DNA from: Myxococcales bacterium | GTDB taxonomy: Bacteria; Myxococcota_A; Polyangia; Palsa-1104 | Length of the DNA: 28,829 bases | Direction of reading: 5' to 3' | Assembly (NCBI GenBank): GCA_023248835.1 | Contig: JAHFDU010000002.1 | Location: 1-28,829, forward strand | Part shown: positions 10,616 to 19,584 of the stretch, in pieces | How positions within the stretch are numbered: the first letter of the stretch is position 1 | Layout of the letters: every line of letters starts with the position of its first letter | Position numbers and translations under genes: made by a program | The notes under the pieces: generated by a model | The model's database searches: none | The model's input: the letters and a program-made list of their open reading frames with translations, nothing else | Told to the model about the DNA's origin: nothing

Positions 10616-11314
10616 ATGACATTCGAAATCGTCGCCGATGCACCCGGGGTAGCAGCGCGAGCAGCGGAGTTAGTCGCGGCGACGATCGCAGGCTCAAGCG
10701 GGACCTTTCGCATCGCGCTAGCCGGAGGTTCGACGCCGAAGGCGATGTATCGTCTGCTGGCGACGAAATTTCGCGATCAAGTGGAATGGTCCCGGGTTGA
10801 TTTTTTTTTCGGAGATGAGCGCTGTGTGCCGCCTGATCACGCCGATTCAAATTTTGGCATGGCGAACCAGAATCTTTTTGATCCGCTGGCGATTGCAATG
10901 GCGAACATGCATCGCATGCAAGGGGAGTTGCCGCCCGAGCAGGCGGCGGCATTGTACGCGAAAGAAATTGCACCGCTCGGGCAGCCGCCGATCTTTGATT
11001 TGGTGTTGCTCGGCATCGGGCCCGATGGTCACACTGCATCGCTGTTTCCCGGTACCGCAGCCTTGAAGGCCAGCGAGCCAGTAGTAGCAAATTTTGTCGC
11101 CAAGATGAATTCGTGGCGCATTACGTTGACCGCGCCGGTGCTTTCGGCTGCGAGATCGGTGCTGATCACCGCGACCGGAGCTGAGAAAGCAGAGGCGTTG
11201 GCACTGGCGCTGGAAGGCCCCGCTGGAAGCGTGCCGGTACAGTTGGTGGCGCCGAGTCAGCTGATTTGGCTGGTAGATCGCGCCGCAGCGAGTAAACTGC
11301 GCAAGTCTTACTGA
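10616..11314 (+). CDS. pgl: 6-phosphogluconolactonase
   Basis: Motifs ALAGGSTP and GIGPDGHTASLFPG. The ATG starts 1 nt after the opcA stop. Confidence 0.9.
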   Translation: MTFEIVADAPGVAARAAELVAATIAGSSGTFRIALAGGSTPKAMYRLLATKFRDQVEWSRVDFFFGDERCVPPDHADSNFGMANQNLFDPLAIAMANMHRMQGELPPEQAAALYAKEIAPLGQPPIFDLVLLGIGPDGHTASLFPGTAALKASEPVVANFVAKMNSWRITLTAPVLSAARSVLITATGAEKAEALALALEGPAGSVPVQLVAPSQLIWLVDRAAASKLRKSY

Positions 11315-11324
11315 GGAGAGAACG

Positions 11325-11474
11325 ATGGCGAAACGCGACAAGCGACGAGTGAAGAAGAGATCGAAGGCGCACCGAAAAGGAGTCAAGAAATCGCGCAAAC
11401 GAAGACTGCATCGGCAGCGCAAGGTAGGCTTTGGCACCAAACGTCGCCGCGTCAAGAAAGCCCGCCGCAAATAG
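11325..11474 (+). CDS. 49-aa extremely basic (Lys/Arg-rich) small protein, unknown function
   Basis: SD gaggagag 5 nt upstream. ATG 11325, stop TAG 11472-11474. Translation MAKRDKRRVKKRSKAHRKGVKKSRKRRLHRQRKVGFGTKRRRVKKARRK. It starts 10 nt after the pgl stop on the same strand. Below the ORF-track size cutoff. Confidence 0.5.
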   Translation: MAKRDKRRVKKRSKAHRKGVKKSRKRRLHRQRKVGFGTKRRRVKKARRK

Positions 11475-11579
11475 TCCTTCTCATTCTTCCCTATCCGTGT
11501 TAGACGCGACCGGTCGAGTCACGATGTCGGTTTTTGTGATCAAAACGCGGGACGTTGTCCATTACCGGCTGGAGGAAAC

Positions 11580-12242
11580 ATGAGAGCTCCCTATGTTATT
11601 GCGCTGCTGGTGTGCCTGAGTGGCTGTATTGGCACCAAACCGAAACCCATCTTCACCGACAGTGTCGACGCCGCACTTGCCGATTTGTCACCTCCCGCGG
11701 GCGACGCCAGGATGCCAGCGCACGAGGACGGCGCGATGCAATCGCCGGACGCATCGGTAGATGCGCCGGTGTCCAATCCCGATTTGACCACCCCGCCGGA
11801 CGGTTCAGTGCCAGAGTGTGCGGCGCAAATGCACCAATGGGCCGACTGTAACCACGACGGTGATCAATGCGTCACCTCGTGCAGCCTTTGCGGCGCAGAG
11901 CTGTGGACGCTTGATCCAATCGTCTGGCAATGTCAACCCAATCCGGCGAGCGGCAATCAGCTGCAATGGGTCTCTCTGAGTACAGTCGATTGTTTTTTTC
12001 GGACCGGTCACTGTCCCAATACGTTTACCGATGCGCAATGCACGACGGCGCTCAACTGCTCAGATTGCGGGGAGGGCGCGGACTGTGGTTCGGACGGTGA
12101 CTGCTGCGATGTTACCCTCACCTGCATCAATGCTCGGTGCGGAACCTGCCACGCTCCAGGATACAGCTGCGCCAATGGTTACCCGTGCTGCAACGGCGAT
12201 CCGTGCGATCCGCGTACTCGCACCTGTCCCGAAGTCATGTGA
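11580..12242 (+). CDS. cysteine-rich secreted lipoprotein, unknown function
   Basis: Lipobox LVCLSGC after N-terminus MRAPYVIAL. SD ggagg upstream. The mature part is very Cys-rich (CxxC, CC, CNG motifs), suggesting a disulfide-knotted fold. Confidence 0.65.
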   Translation: MRAPYVIALLVCLSGCIGTKPKPIFTDSVDAALADLSPPAGDARMPAHEDGAMQSPDASVDAPVSNPDLTTPPDGSVPECAAQMHQWADCNHDGDQCVTSCSLCGAELWTLDPIVWQCQPNPASGNQLQWVSLSTVDCFFRTGHCPNTFTDAQCTTALNCSDCGEGADCGSDGDCCDVTLTCINARCGTCHAPGYSCANGYPCCNGDPCDPRTRTCPEVM

Positions 12243-12576
12243 TTGACATCCACTCGACCTTGATTTACGCCTCGCTGAAGTGGTTCGCTATAGGGCATTT
12301 TTCCTTTCGCTAAGCTGGTTTTCGCCGGTGCTTGCGAGCGAGCCGATCGGTGATCCATTTCCGCTTCTCTATGATTCGCAGGATACGGATTGCATGAGGC
12401 GCGCGTTTTGTTGCGTTCACGCCGTCCTTTTCTACAGTGGCGCGGGAGTTTCCGGAGGAGCTTTTGCAGCTTCGAGTATGCAAACGATCGCCTGCGCTTT
12501 TTGAAGCGTAGCAACTTATTCCTTCGCCTGCCGATAACTCTCCCTGCGACTTGGTTCGCATCGACGGGGAGACACG

Positions 12577-13455
12577 ATGGGGCATGCATGCAATCCGCTC
12601 AAAGAAGATTGTTCAGAATCTGCCGTAGCAGACGAATCGCAAACCACCGAAAGTCCGATGCCAGGTCCGATGGCGCACGCGTATCGCAAGCGGGCGCGAC
12701 ACCGAAGGCGAGGTCCGCATGTGAGCCTGGTCCATTTCGAAGAGGGCTCCGAGGTGGTGGGCGACGTTCGCGCCGAAGCGACGACGCTCGACTACCAGGC
12801 CGACACCTTCTCGAGGACACACGTCACCGTAGCGCTGGGACAGATTTCCAAAGAGTTGTACGCGGCGTTTACCCAGTTTGATCTTTACGCCACCGAGACG
12901 GTGCACAAGAGTCGATCGGTAGCACCGGAGGTGCTCAGCGATTTCGCCGAGATGGCGATCGAAACGCTGGCCGAAGAGCTGCTAAAGTGTTTCGCCCCGA
13001 TCGTGGCAACCTTATGCAAGAATTTCATTGCGCGCGGACTGGAGTTGCGCGAAGGCGGCGAAGGAATTGAGCTCACTGCCAAACGATTGGTCGCAGAAGC
13101 GGCCAAGCTCGACGCGGCGCAAGGACAGTTGGCCGAGCAGCTGCTCGACGTCAAGCGGTTCGAGTTTCGCAATGTGTATCGCTCCAGCGACGGCGACAGA
13201 GAGCACCGCGAGCACGCGCTCACTGTCGCGCTGGCCAACGCTGGCCTCGGCTTTCCGACGGCGACGTTGCGTCAGGCAGTCTATCGGAAATTAATCGAGA
13301 AGCTCGAGTTTGCAATTTGGGTCGGTCGCTGCCGTGGCTATGGCCCATCTGCCAGCATGGTGCTGTGTGCCAGCGGCGACGATCAAGTGCGCGGCGAGAT
13401 TGCGGCCAAAGCCGGTGCCGAGAGCGAGCGCGCATTTAGCGAGAAAAAAGAGTAG
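12577..13455 (+). CDS. hypothetical protein
   Basis: 292-aa ORF with SD gggag upstream and helical protein-like composition. No recognised domain. Confidence 0.5.
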   Translation: MGHACNPLKEDCSESAVADESQTTESPMPGPMAHAYRKRARHRRRGPHVSLVHFEEGSEVVGDVRAEATTLDYQADTFSRTHVTVALGQISKELYAAFTQFDLYATETVHKSRSVAPEVLSDFAEMAIETLAEELLKCFAPIVATLCKNFIARGLELREGGEGIELTAKRLVAEAAKLDAAQGQLAEQLLDVKRFEFRNVYRSSDGDREHREHALTVALANAGLGFPTATLRQAVYRKLIEKLEFAIWVGRCRGYGPSASMVLCASGDDQVRGEIAAKAGAESERAFSEKKE

Positions 13456-13544
13456 GCGAGTTAGGCGAGTCGCTTGCGCTAATCGCAGAAACGATTTACG
13501 CTAGAAATACTGCGCGAATCTGTGCGCTGGGAAGGAGAGGCCCG

Positions 13545-15989
13545 ATGACCAAGGTCAAAGGCGGTCCCACCGACTCAGGCGGCCCCGTCGAAGTACCTGA
13601 ACAGTTGTCGATTTTGCCACTACGCAATTCGGTGTTGTTTCCCGGCGCGATCATTCCGATCGATGTCGGTCGTCGCAAGAGCGTCCGTCTGGTGGAGGAG
13701 GCGATCTCGCGCGAGCGTCCCGTGATAGGAATTTTGACCCAGCGTGACGCACGTACGGAGGATCCGAACGACGGCGACATGTATGCCGTCGGCTGTGCGG
13801 CGCGGATTCTCAAAGTCATCAAGCTTGCCAAGGACAATTTCTCGGTGATTTTGCAGGGCGTGACGCGGATTCGCATCGATGAGTATACGCAGCAGGACCC
13901 GTTCATCATTGCGCGGGTGCAGGCGGTGCCCGATCCCGCGACCACCGATGTCGAGCTCGACGCGCTGGTGATGAATTTGAAAGACATCGCCAAGCGAGTG
14001 ATAAAATTGATGCCCGAACTGCCCAAAGAGGCAGGCGCGCTGGTCGACAGCGTCAATGAGCCGGGGCAGCTGGCCGATCTGATTACGTCCAATCTTGATT
14101 TGCAGGTCGACGAGAAACAAGACGTGCTCGAGACCTTCGATCTCAAGGCGCGCATGCGCACGGTGCTGCAGTTCTTGTCACGCCAGCTCGAAGTGCTCAA
14201 AGTGCGCGAGAAGATCAATACCCAGGTGCAAGAGGAGATGGGGCGCAACCAGCGCGAATACGTGCTGCGCCAACAGCTCAAAGCCATCAAAGAGGAGCTC
14301 GGCGAGCTCGACGAAGCCGGCGGCGACTTGGAAGAGTTCAAAGAGAAAATCGCCGAGGCCAAGATGCCGGCCGAAGTCGAGAAGGCGGCGCTCAAGCAGT
14401 TTGAACGACTCAAAGTGATGCAGCCGTCGTCGGCCGAATACACAGTGACGCGCACTTATCTTGAGTGGTTGGTCGAACTGCCGTGGTCTGTGTCGACCGA
14501 GGACAAACTCGACATCAGTGAAGCGCGCGACATTTTGAATTCGGATCATTACGATCTAGAGAAGGTCAAAAAGCGCATTTTGGAATATCTCGCGGTGCGC
14601 AAGCTCAAGTCCGACAAAAAGGGGCCGATTTTGTGCCTGCTCGGGCCACCCGGCGTTGGCAAGACTTCGCTCGGGCGATCGATTGCCAAAGCGATGGGGC
14701 GCAAGTTCTTGCGGATTTCGCTCGGCGGTGTGCGCGACGAGGCGGAAATTCGCGGCCATCGCCGCACCTATGTTGGTTCGCTGCCCGGTCGCATCATTCA
14801 GGGAATGAAAAAGGTCGGTACCAACAATCCGATCTTCATGCTCGACGAGCTCGACAAGCTTGGGCACGACTTTCGCGGCGACCCGGCGTCTGCGCTACTC
14901 GAAGTGCTTGATCCTGAGCAGAACAACTCGTTCAGTGATCACTATCTCGAAGTGCCGTTTGATCTTTCGAAGGTGATGTTTTTGGCCACCGCCAACATCA
15001 TTGATCCAGTGCCGCCGGCGCTCAAAGATCGGTTGGAGATTTTGGAGCTGCCCGGCTATACCCGCGACGAAAAGCGCTCGATCGCCAAGCAGTTTTTGAT
15101 CCCGAAACAAATTGAGGAGCACGGCCTCGACGGTAAAGTGATGGAGCTGACCGAAGGCGGGTTGTGCGAGATCATCGACAGCTACACCCGCGAGGCCGGC
15201 GTGCGCAATCTTGAGCGCGAAGTCGGTTCGGTTTGCCGCGGTGTCGCGGTCAAAGTCGCCGAAGGCTCGAAAGACAAGTTCACCGTCGATGCCAAGGACA
15301 TCCCCGACTTTTTGGGACCGCAAAAGTACATGTCGGAAGTGGCCGAGCGCACCGCGGAGGCGGGCGTGGCGACCGGGTTGGCGTGGACGCCGGTGGGCGG
15401 CGACATTCTATTCATCGAGGCGACCAAGATGCCGGGCAAAGGCACGTTGGTGCTCACCGGGCAACTTGGCGACGTAATGAAAGAGTCGGCGCAGGCGGCG
15501 CTGTCGTTTGTGCGCTCGCGGGCCAGGTGGCTCGGCATCGAGGAGAATTTTCTCGAGAAGACCGACATTCACGTTCACATTCCGGCGGGTGCGATTCCCA
15601 AAGATGGTCCGTCGGCGGGTGTCACCATGTTTGTCGCGCTGGCGTCGATGCTGACCGGCAAGCCGATCCGAAATGACGTCGCGATGACCGGCGAAATTAC
15701 TTTGCGTGGCAGCGTGCTGCCAGTCGGCGGCATCAAAGAAAAAGTGCTCGCCGCGCATCGTGCTGGCATCAAGCGGGTGATCTTGCCGGAGCGCAACCAG
15801 AAGGACATGGTGGATGTGCCCGACCAGGCCAAGAACGAAATGGAGTTCGTCTACGTCAAGCGCATCGACGAGCTCCTGCCCTTGGTGCTGACCGAGATGC
15901 CGGAAAAATACGGCAAGATCCCCTCGGGCGGCGGCACCACCATGATCACCCCCCCGACCCCCGGCCAACCTCCGCCGACTACCGCGTAG
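13545..15989 (+). CDS. lon: ATP-dependent Lon protease (La)
   Basis: LON N-domain LPLRNSVLFPGAIIPIDVGR. Walker A GPPGVGKTS. Catalytic PKDGPSAGVTM...KEK. SD aggaga upstream. The tail is Pro/Gly/Thr-rich. Confidence 0.95.
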   Translation: MTKVKGGPTDSGGPVEVPEQLSILPLRNSVLFPGAIIPIDVGRRKSVRLVEEAISRERPVIGILTQRDARTEDPNDGDMYAVGCAARILKVIKLAKDNFSVILQGVTRIRIDEYTQQDPFIIARVQAVPDPATTDVELDALVMNLKDIAKRVIKLMPELPKEAGALVDSVNEPGQLADLITSNLDLQVDEKQDVLETFDLKARMRTVLQFLSRQLEVLKVREKINTQVQEEMGRNQREYVLRQQLKAIKEELGELDEAGGDLEEFKEKIAEAKMPAEVEKAALKQFERLKVMQPSSAEYTVTRTYLEWLVELPWSVSTEDKLDISEARDILNSDHYDLEKVKKRILEYLAVRKLKSDKKGPILCLLGPPGVGKTSLGRSIAKAMGRKFLRISLGGVRDEAEIRGHRRTYVGSLPGRIIQGMKKVGTNNPIFMLDELDKLGHDFRGDPASALLEVLDPEQNNSFSDHYLEVPFDLSKVMFLATANIIDPVPPALKDRLEILELPGYTRDEKRSIAKQFLIPKQIEEHGLDGKVMELTEGGLCEIIDSYTREAGVRNLEREVGSVCRGVAVKVAEGSKDKFTVDAKDIPDFLGPQKYMSEVAERTAEAGVATGLAWTPVGGDILFIEATKMPGKGTLVLTGQLGDVMKESAQAALSFVRSRARWLGIEENFLEKTDIHVHIPAGAIPKDGPSAGVTMFVALASMLTGKPIRNDVAMTGEITLRGSVLPVGGIKEKVLAAHRAGIKRVILPERNQKDMVDVPDQAKNEMEFVYVKRIDELLPLVLTEMPEKYGKIPSGGGTTMITPPTPGQPPPTTA

Positions 15990-15991
15990 TA

Positions 15992-16561
15992 GTGGTTGTT
16001 TCCGCGCTCGCCGAAGCGATGAGTGAGATGAACCAACCAACAACCTCGACGCGGCGCGGCTACCAAGACCAGTACCCCTTCTGCCACTCTCCGTCGGCGA
16101 AAACATCGGCACCCATAGGAGGCCCAACAAAAATGGTTTCGGCGAACGGAGCGATGACCATCGAGCCACTGGGAATCTATGCGGCGCCGTCGGTGCTCGT
16201 CAAACCGTTGACCCCGACGCTGACACCCGCGCTCACCATCGACCAGTTATTGGCCCTGCCCCATTTTGAATACACGCGCGCCAATCTCAATCGCACTCTC
16301 AAGTTGCCGGTGGAGGCGCCGGCAGCGGCGGCCCACTTCAGTGACTTCGCGGCGATGCGCGAAGCCTGTTGTGCCGGATTCGGATGGGCGGTGCTGCCAC
16401 GCTACATGGTTCAGCGCGAACTCCGCGCCGGTCTGTTGATCGAGCTACACACACAACCGATTTTACCCGACCGTTACGGCGTCTGGTGGCTGCGTGAATC
16501 CAGCCTCAACGAAGCCACCATCCAGCGCGCCGCGGCTTGGCTTAAACAGCAGGTGTTATAG
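15992..16561 (+). pseudogene. LysR-family regulator remnant: substrate-binding domain retained, HTH DNA-binding domain absent
   Basis: The C-terminal 100 aa, ...AAMREACCAGFGWAVLPRYMVQRELRAGLLIELHTQPILPDRYGVWWLRESSLNEATIQRAAAWLKQQVL, is typical of a LysR effector-domain C-terminus. The first ~90 aa have no HTH. The lon stop sits 2 nt upstream, leaving no room for one. Confidence 0.45.
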
Positions 16562-16821
16562 AGCGAGCAGCACCAGCTTTCAATTTCGGAGAAGACAGAT
16601 CGGCGAAGGCGACGGCGCGGTTGCGGCCGATAGGGAAGGCAGGGCGATAGGGAAGGCAGGAACCCAGCGCAACCGCCCGTCCGTTTTTCATGCGAACAAG
16701 TTTTTGTGCAACTCTCACGCACTCAGCTTACACCTGCCGCGATGCGTCACCTCGTTCGATAATATTGCAATCCATCTAATTCCAGGTGTCAAAGTCGGAC
16801 GTGTGCTACAATAATGTGTTG

Positions 16822-18516
16822 ATGCTTTGCCGAGCGATCGTCATTGCGCTGCTTTTGTTTGGGCGTCACGCCTGGGCGAGTCCCTGCCGCAGTGCCGACA
16901 TTCGCTTTAAGCCGAGTGGCAATTTGCAGATTGCCGTCTGGGTGGAAGACGCTCAGGGCAACTATATCGATACCGTCTATATCACCAGGCAGACCGGCTA
17001 TTTTGGTCTGGCAAATCGTCCCGGCAGTCCGCAGCTCAAGACCGCCGTGCGTTACCCCTACGGCCGACGTGACATGGTGCTGCCGGTGTGGGCGCACCAT
17101 CGCAACCACAGCTATCGACTGGTGGTGATGGGAGGAGCCAAGGGCAACAGTGTTGCCAATTGCGCAGCGCATGGACTGAGCTGCGGTGCCGGCTGTTGTG
17201 GCGGTCCGTGTCAGTGTCAAGATCACGACACCGATTGCGACGACACCACCATTGCATGTCACGCCGACGTCAGTTCGCCCGAGCCTTTTTACTGTTCTCC
17301 CAACGGCGGCCAGGAGAGCGTGCAAAATGGAGTCGACGTGGTCAGCTGTGCATCCACGTTCACTGGTTCCAAAGGCGCCTACGATGACAATCAAATTTCG
17401 CTCTATCCGCCGCGCGCAGATTTGACCAAATTCAACGGCAATGATTCAGCCGACGCCAAGCGTTTCAAGAACGACAACGATTTGGTAGCGGTGTCGGGCG
17501 CGACGCCGCTCAATGGGGTACTCACTCCGCTGCGTTGGTATCCGCCCGCCGACGGCGACTATGTTTTGTACATCGAGGCGAGCGCCGAATCGGACTTCAA
17601 CTTGTCGCACGACCACGGATTTTTTCCCGACACCCAGCATTTTTGGGAGCGCGGGACCAAATTCTTGGGTCAGCCATCGGTGGTCTATCGAGTGCCGTTT
17701 TCCGTCGGCAACGAGGTCGATGTCGCCACTTCGGGCAGCTACGCCGGGTACAGCGATTGGAACGGCGCCACCGGCACTCTTCATGCCCCAGACTCGACCA
17801 TCGATGACACGCCCGGGCATGGCGCCGGTCGGCTGTACAATGTTAGCGATGCAAATGGTACGTGGCGGGTCAAAGTAAGCGCGCTCTCGCTGTGCGACAC
17901 CGACGCCGGCGTCGGCGACGCAGGCGGGAATTGTGAAGCCCCGATCGAGCCGCAGGGCTTAGCTGCCAAGCCGCAGTCAAGCGGCACTTCTGCCGAGATT
18001 TCGTTTCGCGTGCCGTCGAGCGGCGCCGCCGTCGATCACTTTGAAGTGCGCTACCGCGCCGATCAGATCATCAGCGATGCCGATTTTGTCACTGCCGATC
18101 CGTCGTCGATGGCGCCGCCAACGCCGGGCGGCCCGGGCGACGCGATGGCGCTCTTGCTCAGCGGTCTGCGACCCGACACAAAATATTACGTCGCGGTGCG
18201 TGGGGTTTCGGCCTGCGATCGCGATTCGTCGGTGGCGGTGGTGCCGTTTACCACCACGCAACAGTCCTTCACCGTTCTGCACGGCTGTTTCGTTGCCACC
18301 GCTGCATTTGGAACACCGCTCGCCCTCGAAGTCGGAAATTTACGCAAAATGCGCGATCGATACCTGCTCACCAATCCGCTCGGGCAACTGGTAACCGCGC
18401 TATATGGCGCGTTGTCACCGCCACTGGCCTTAGCCATCGCCAGCGACGCTAGATTGCGCGCCGCTGCGCGTTCTCTCATCCGCCCGATTGCTACGATCGC
18501 TCGCGCACTGCCCTAG
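16822..18516 (+). CDS. secreted Cys-rich protein with a fibronectin-III-like domain and a conserved C-terminal CFVATAAFG...LRKMRDRYLL segment (putative surface/sorting domain)
   Basis: Signal peptide MLCRAIVIALLLFGRHAWA|SP from ATG 16822. The ORF-track GTG at 16786 is in-frame upstream. FN3-like EISFRVPSS...FEVRYRA...YYVAVRGVS. C-terminal hydrophobic/conserved tail. Confidence 0.7.
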   Translation: MLCRAIVIALLLFGRHAWASPCRSADIRFKPSGNLQIAVWVEDAQGNYIDTVYITRQTGYFGLANRPGSPQLKTAVRYPYGRRDMVLPVWAHHRNHSYRLVVMGGAKGNSVANCAAHGLSCGAGCCGGPCQCQDHDTDCDDTTIACHADVSSPEPFYCSPNGGQESVQNGVDVVSCASTFTGSKGAYDDNQISLYPPRADLTKFNGNDSADAKRFKNDNDLVAVSGATPLNGVLTPLRWYPPADGDYVLYIEASAESDFNLSHDHGFFPDTQHFWERGTKFLGQPSVVYRVPFSVGNEVDVATSGSYAGYSDWNGATGTLHAPDSTIDDTPGHGAGRLYNVSDANGTWRVKVSALSLCDTDAGVGDAGGNCEAPIEPQGLAAKPQSSGTSAEISFRVPSSGAAVDHFEVRYRADQIISDADFVTADPSSMAPPTPGGPGDAMALLLSGLRPDTKYYVAVRGVSACDRDSSVAVVPFTTTQQSFTVLHGCFVATAAFGTPLALEVGNLRKMRDRYLLTNPLGQLVTALYGALSPPLALAIASDARLRAAARSLIRPIATIARALP

Positions 18517-18608
18517 CTGGGGGCTGTTGTCTCCACCTGTTTTGCGGTCAGCCGACCCCAGCCGGTGAAATAGCCCGCACGCCGCCTGTATTTTTCTGCG
18601 TTATTGAC

Positions 18609-18623
18609 TGGCATCGGAATTGA
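18609..18623 (+). promoter_or_regulatory. candidate sigma-54 (-24/-12) promoter TGGCAT-N5-TTGA upstream of flp pilin gene 1
   Basis: tggcatcggaattga compared with the consensus TGGCACG-N4-TTGCW. The GG at -24 matches, but the -12 element reads GA rather than the conserved GC dinucleotide, so this is a weak match. It ends 20 nt before ATG 18643. Confidence 0.25.
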
Positions 18624-18642
18624 ATAACAACGCGTTACAGCC

Positions 18643-18834
18643 ATGCGCGCCGTCCGAATAAAGCAGTTTCTTGCTCGGTTTCAACGTGATGAGCGCGGCG
18701 TTGCGATGGTCGAGTACGTCGAGATTCTGGTGCTGTGCATTCTCGGCGCGGTGGTGTCGATCGCGCCGCTCGGCCTCTATTTGCTTCGCTACTACGACAA
18801 CGTCGAATTTCTCTCGAGCTTACCGTTCCCATAA
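18643..18834 (+). CDS. flp: Flp/Fap family type IVb pilin
   Basis: Leader MRAVRIKQFLARFQRDERG, then VAMVEYVEILVL: the Flp G/xxxxEY processing motif followed by a hydrophobic helix. 63 aa. Confidence 0.75.
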   Translation: MRAVRIKQFLARFQRDERGVAMVEYVEILVLCILGAVVSIAPLGLYLLRYYDNVEFLSSLPFP

Positions 18835-18854
18835 CCCATTAAGGAGGGGAGACC

Positions 18855-19049
18855 ATGTCCATGATGACTGCAATTCGCAAGCGACGCAGCTTCGGAATCA
18901 GCTCAGTGGAGTACATCATTATTCTGATGTTGGTCGGTCTCACCGGGATTGCGGTGTTCAAGACTTTCGGCAAGACCATCGCGAACAAAATGAATCAATC
19001 GAACACCACGATGCAGAACGACGTGGCATCGCAGGGCGGCGGGCCGTAG
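18855..19049 (+). CDS. flp: Flp/Fap family type IVb pilin (second copy)
   Basis: SD aggagggg upstream. ...RKRRSFGISSVEYIIILMLVGLTGIAVF contains the Flp motif. 64 aa. Confidence 0.75.
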   Translation: MSMMTAIRKRRSFGISSVEYIIILMLVGLTGIAVFKTFGKTIANKMNQSNTTMQNDVASQGGGP

Positions 19050-19065
19050 CGCCGAGGCTCTTCTG

Positions 19066-19584
19066 ATGTTTGGGACACCACTTGAGCCGCCGCTTGGTGC
19101 GGGGCCGCTGGTCCTGTGTATCGCGCTCGCCCTTGGTTGCGCCATCACCGATCTTTGGCGCGGGCGTGTCTACAACACGGCCACCTACGCCGGTCTTGCG
19201 CTCGGCTTTGTGACGCAGACTTGGTTTGGCGCCGGCCCGAGCTTCGCGCTGGGAGGTTTGCTGACCGGTGCGGCGCCGATGCTTCTGTTGTTTGCATTTG
19301 GCGGTGTCGGTGGCGGCGACGTCAAACTGTTTGCCGCGCTCGGCATGCTACTTGGCGCACGGCGCACGCTGGTGCTGATTCCGCTGGCGTTCGCCTTTGC
19401 GCTGGTGGTGGCGCTTGCCCAGCTCGCATGGCAGGGGCGACTGTTCCGCACCGTTTGGAACAGCGTGCGCGCGCCACTTTCGCGCTCGCAGCAGCGTTTG
19501 GCGGTTCCATTCGCGCTACCGATCTTGCTTGGCACCCTCGCTGTGCTGTTCGATTTTGATCTGCTCGCAATCGGTGGATGGTGA
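19066..19584 (+). CDS. tadV: Flp prepilin peptidase (A24 family, TadV/CpaA type)
   Basis: Polytopic membrane protein with the two catalytic Asp contexts AITDLWRGRVYN and GGGDVKLFAALG. Confidence 0.8.
   Translation: MFGTPLEPPLGAGPLVLCIALALGCAITDLWRGRVYNTATYAGLALGFVTQTWFGAGPSFALGGLLTGAAPMLLLFAFGGVGGGDVKLFAALGMLLGARRTLVLIPLAFAFALVVALAQLAWQGRLFRTVWNSVRAPLSRSQQRLAVPFALPILLGTLAVLFDFDLLAIGGW

Noticed and set aside
10464-11090. 208-aa minus ORF antisense to pgl, and the 15408-16169(-), 16789-17394(-), 20013-20546(-) and 24497-25069(+) antisense ORFs
   Set aside because: All overlap genes with strong motif-supported calls on the other strand and have Arg/Ala/Pro-biased composition.
13456-13544. Possible CIRCE/HrcA operator upstream of lon
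   Set aside because: There is no TTAGCACTC-N9-GAGTGCTAA-like inverted repeat, only short unrelated GC-rich dyads.
13496-14455. 319-aa minus ORF antisense to lon
   Set aside because: Ser/Thr-rich low-complexity translation. lon on the plus strand is unequivocal.
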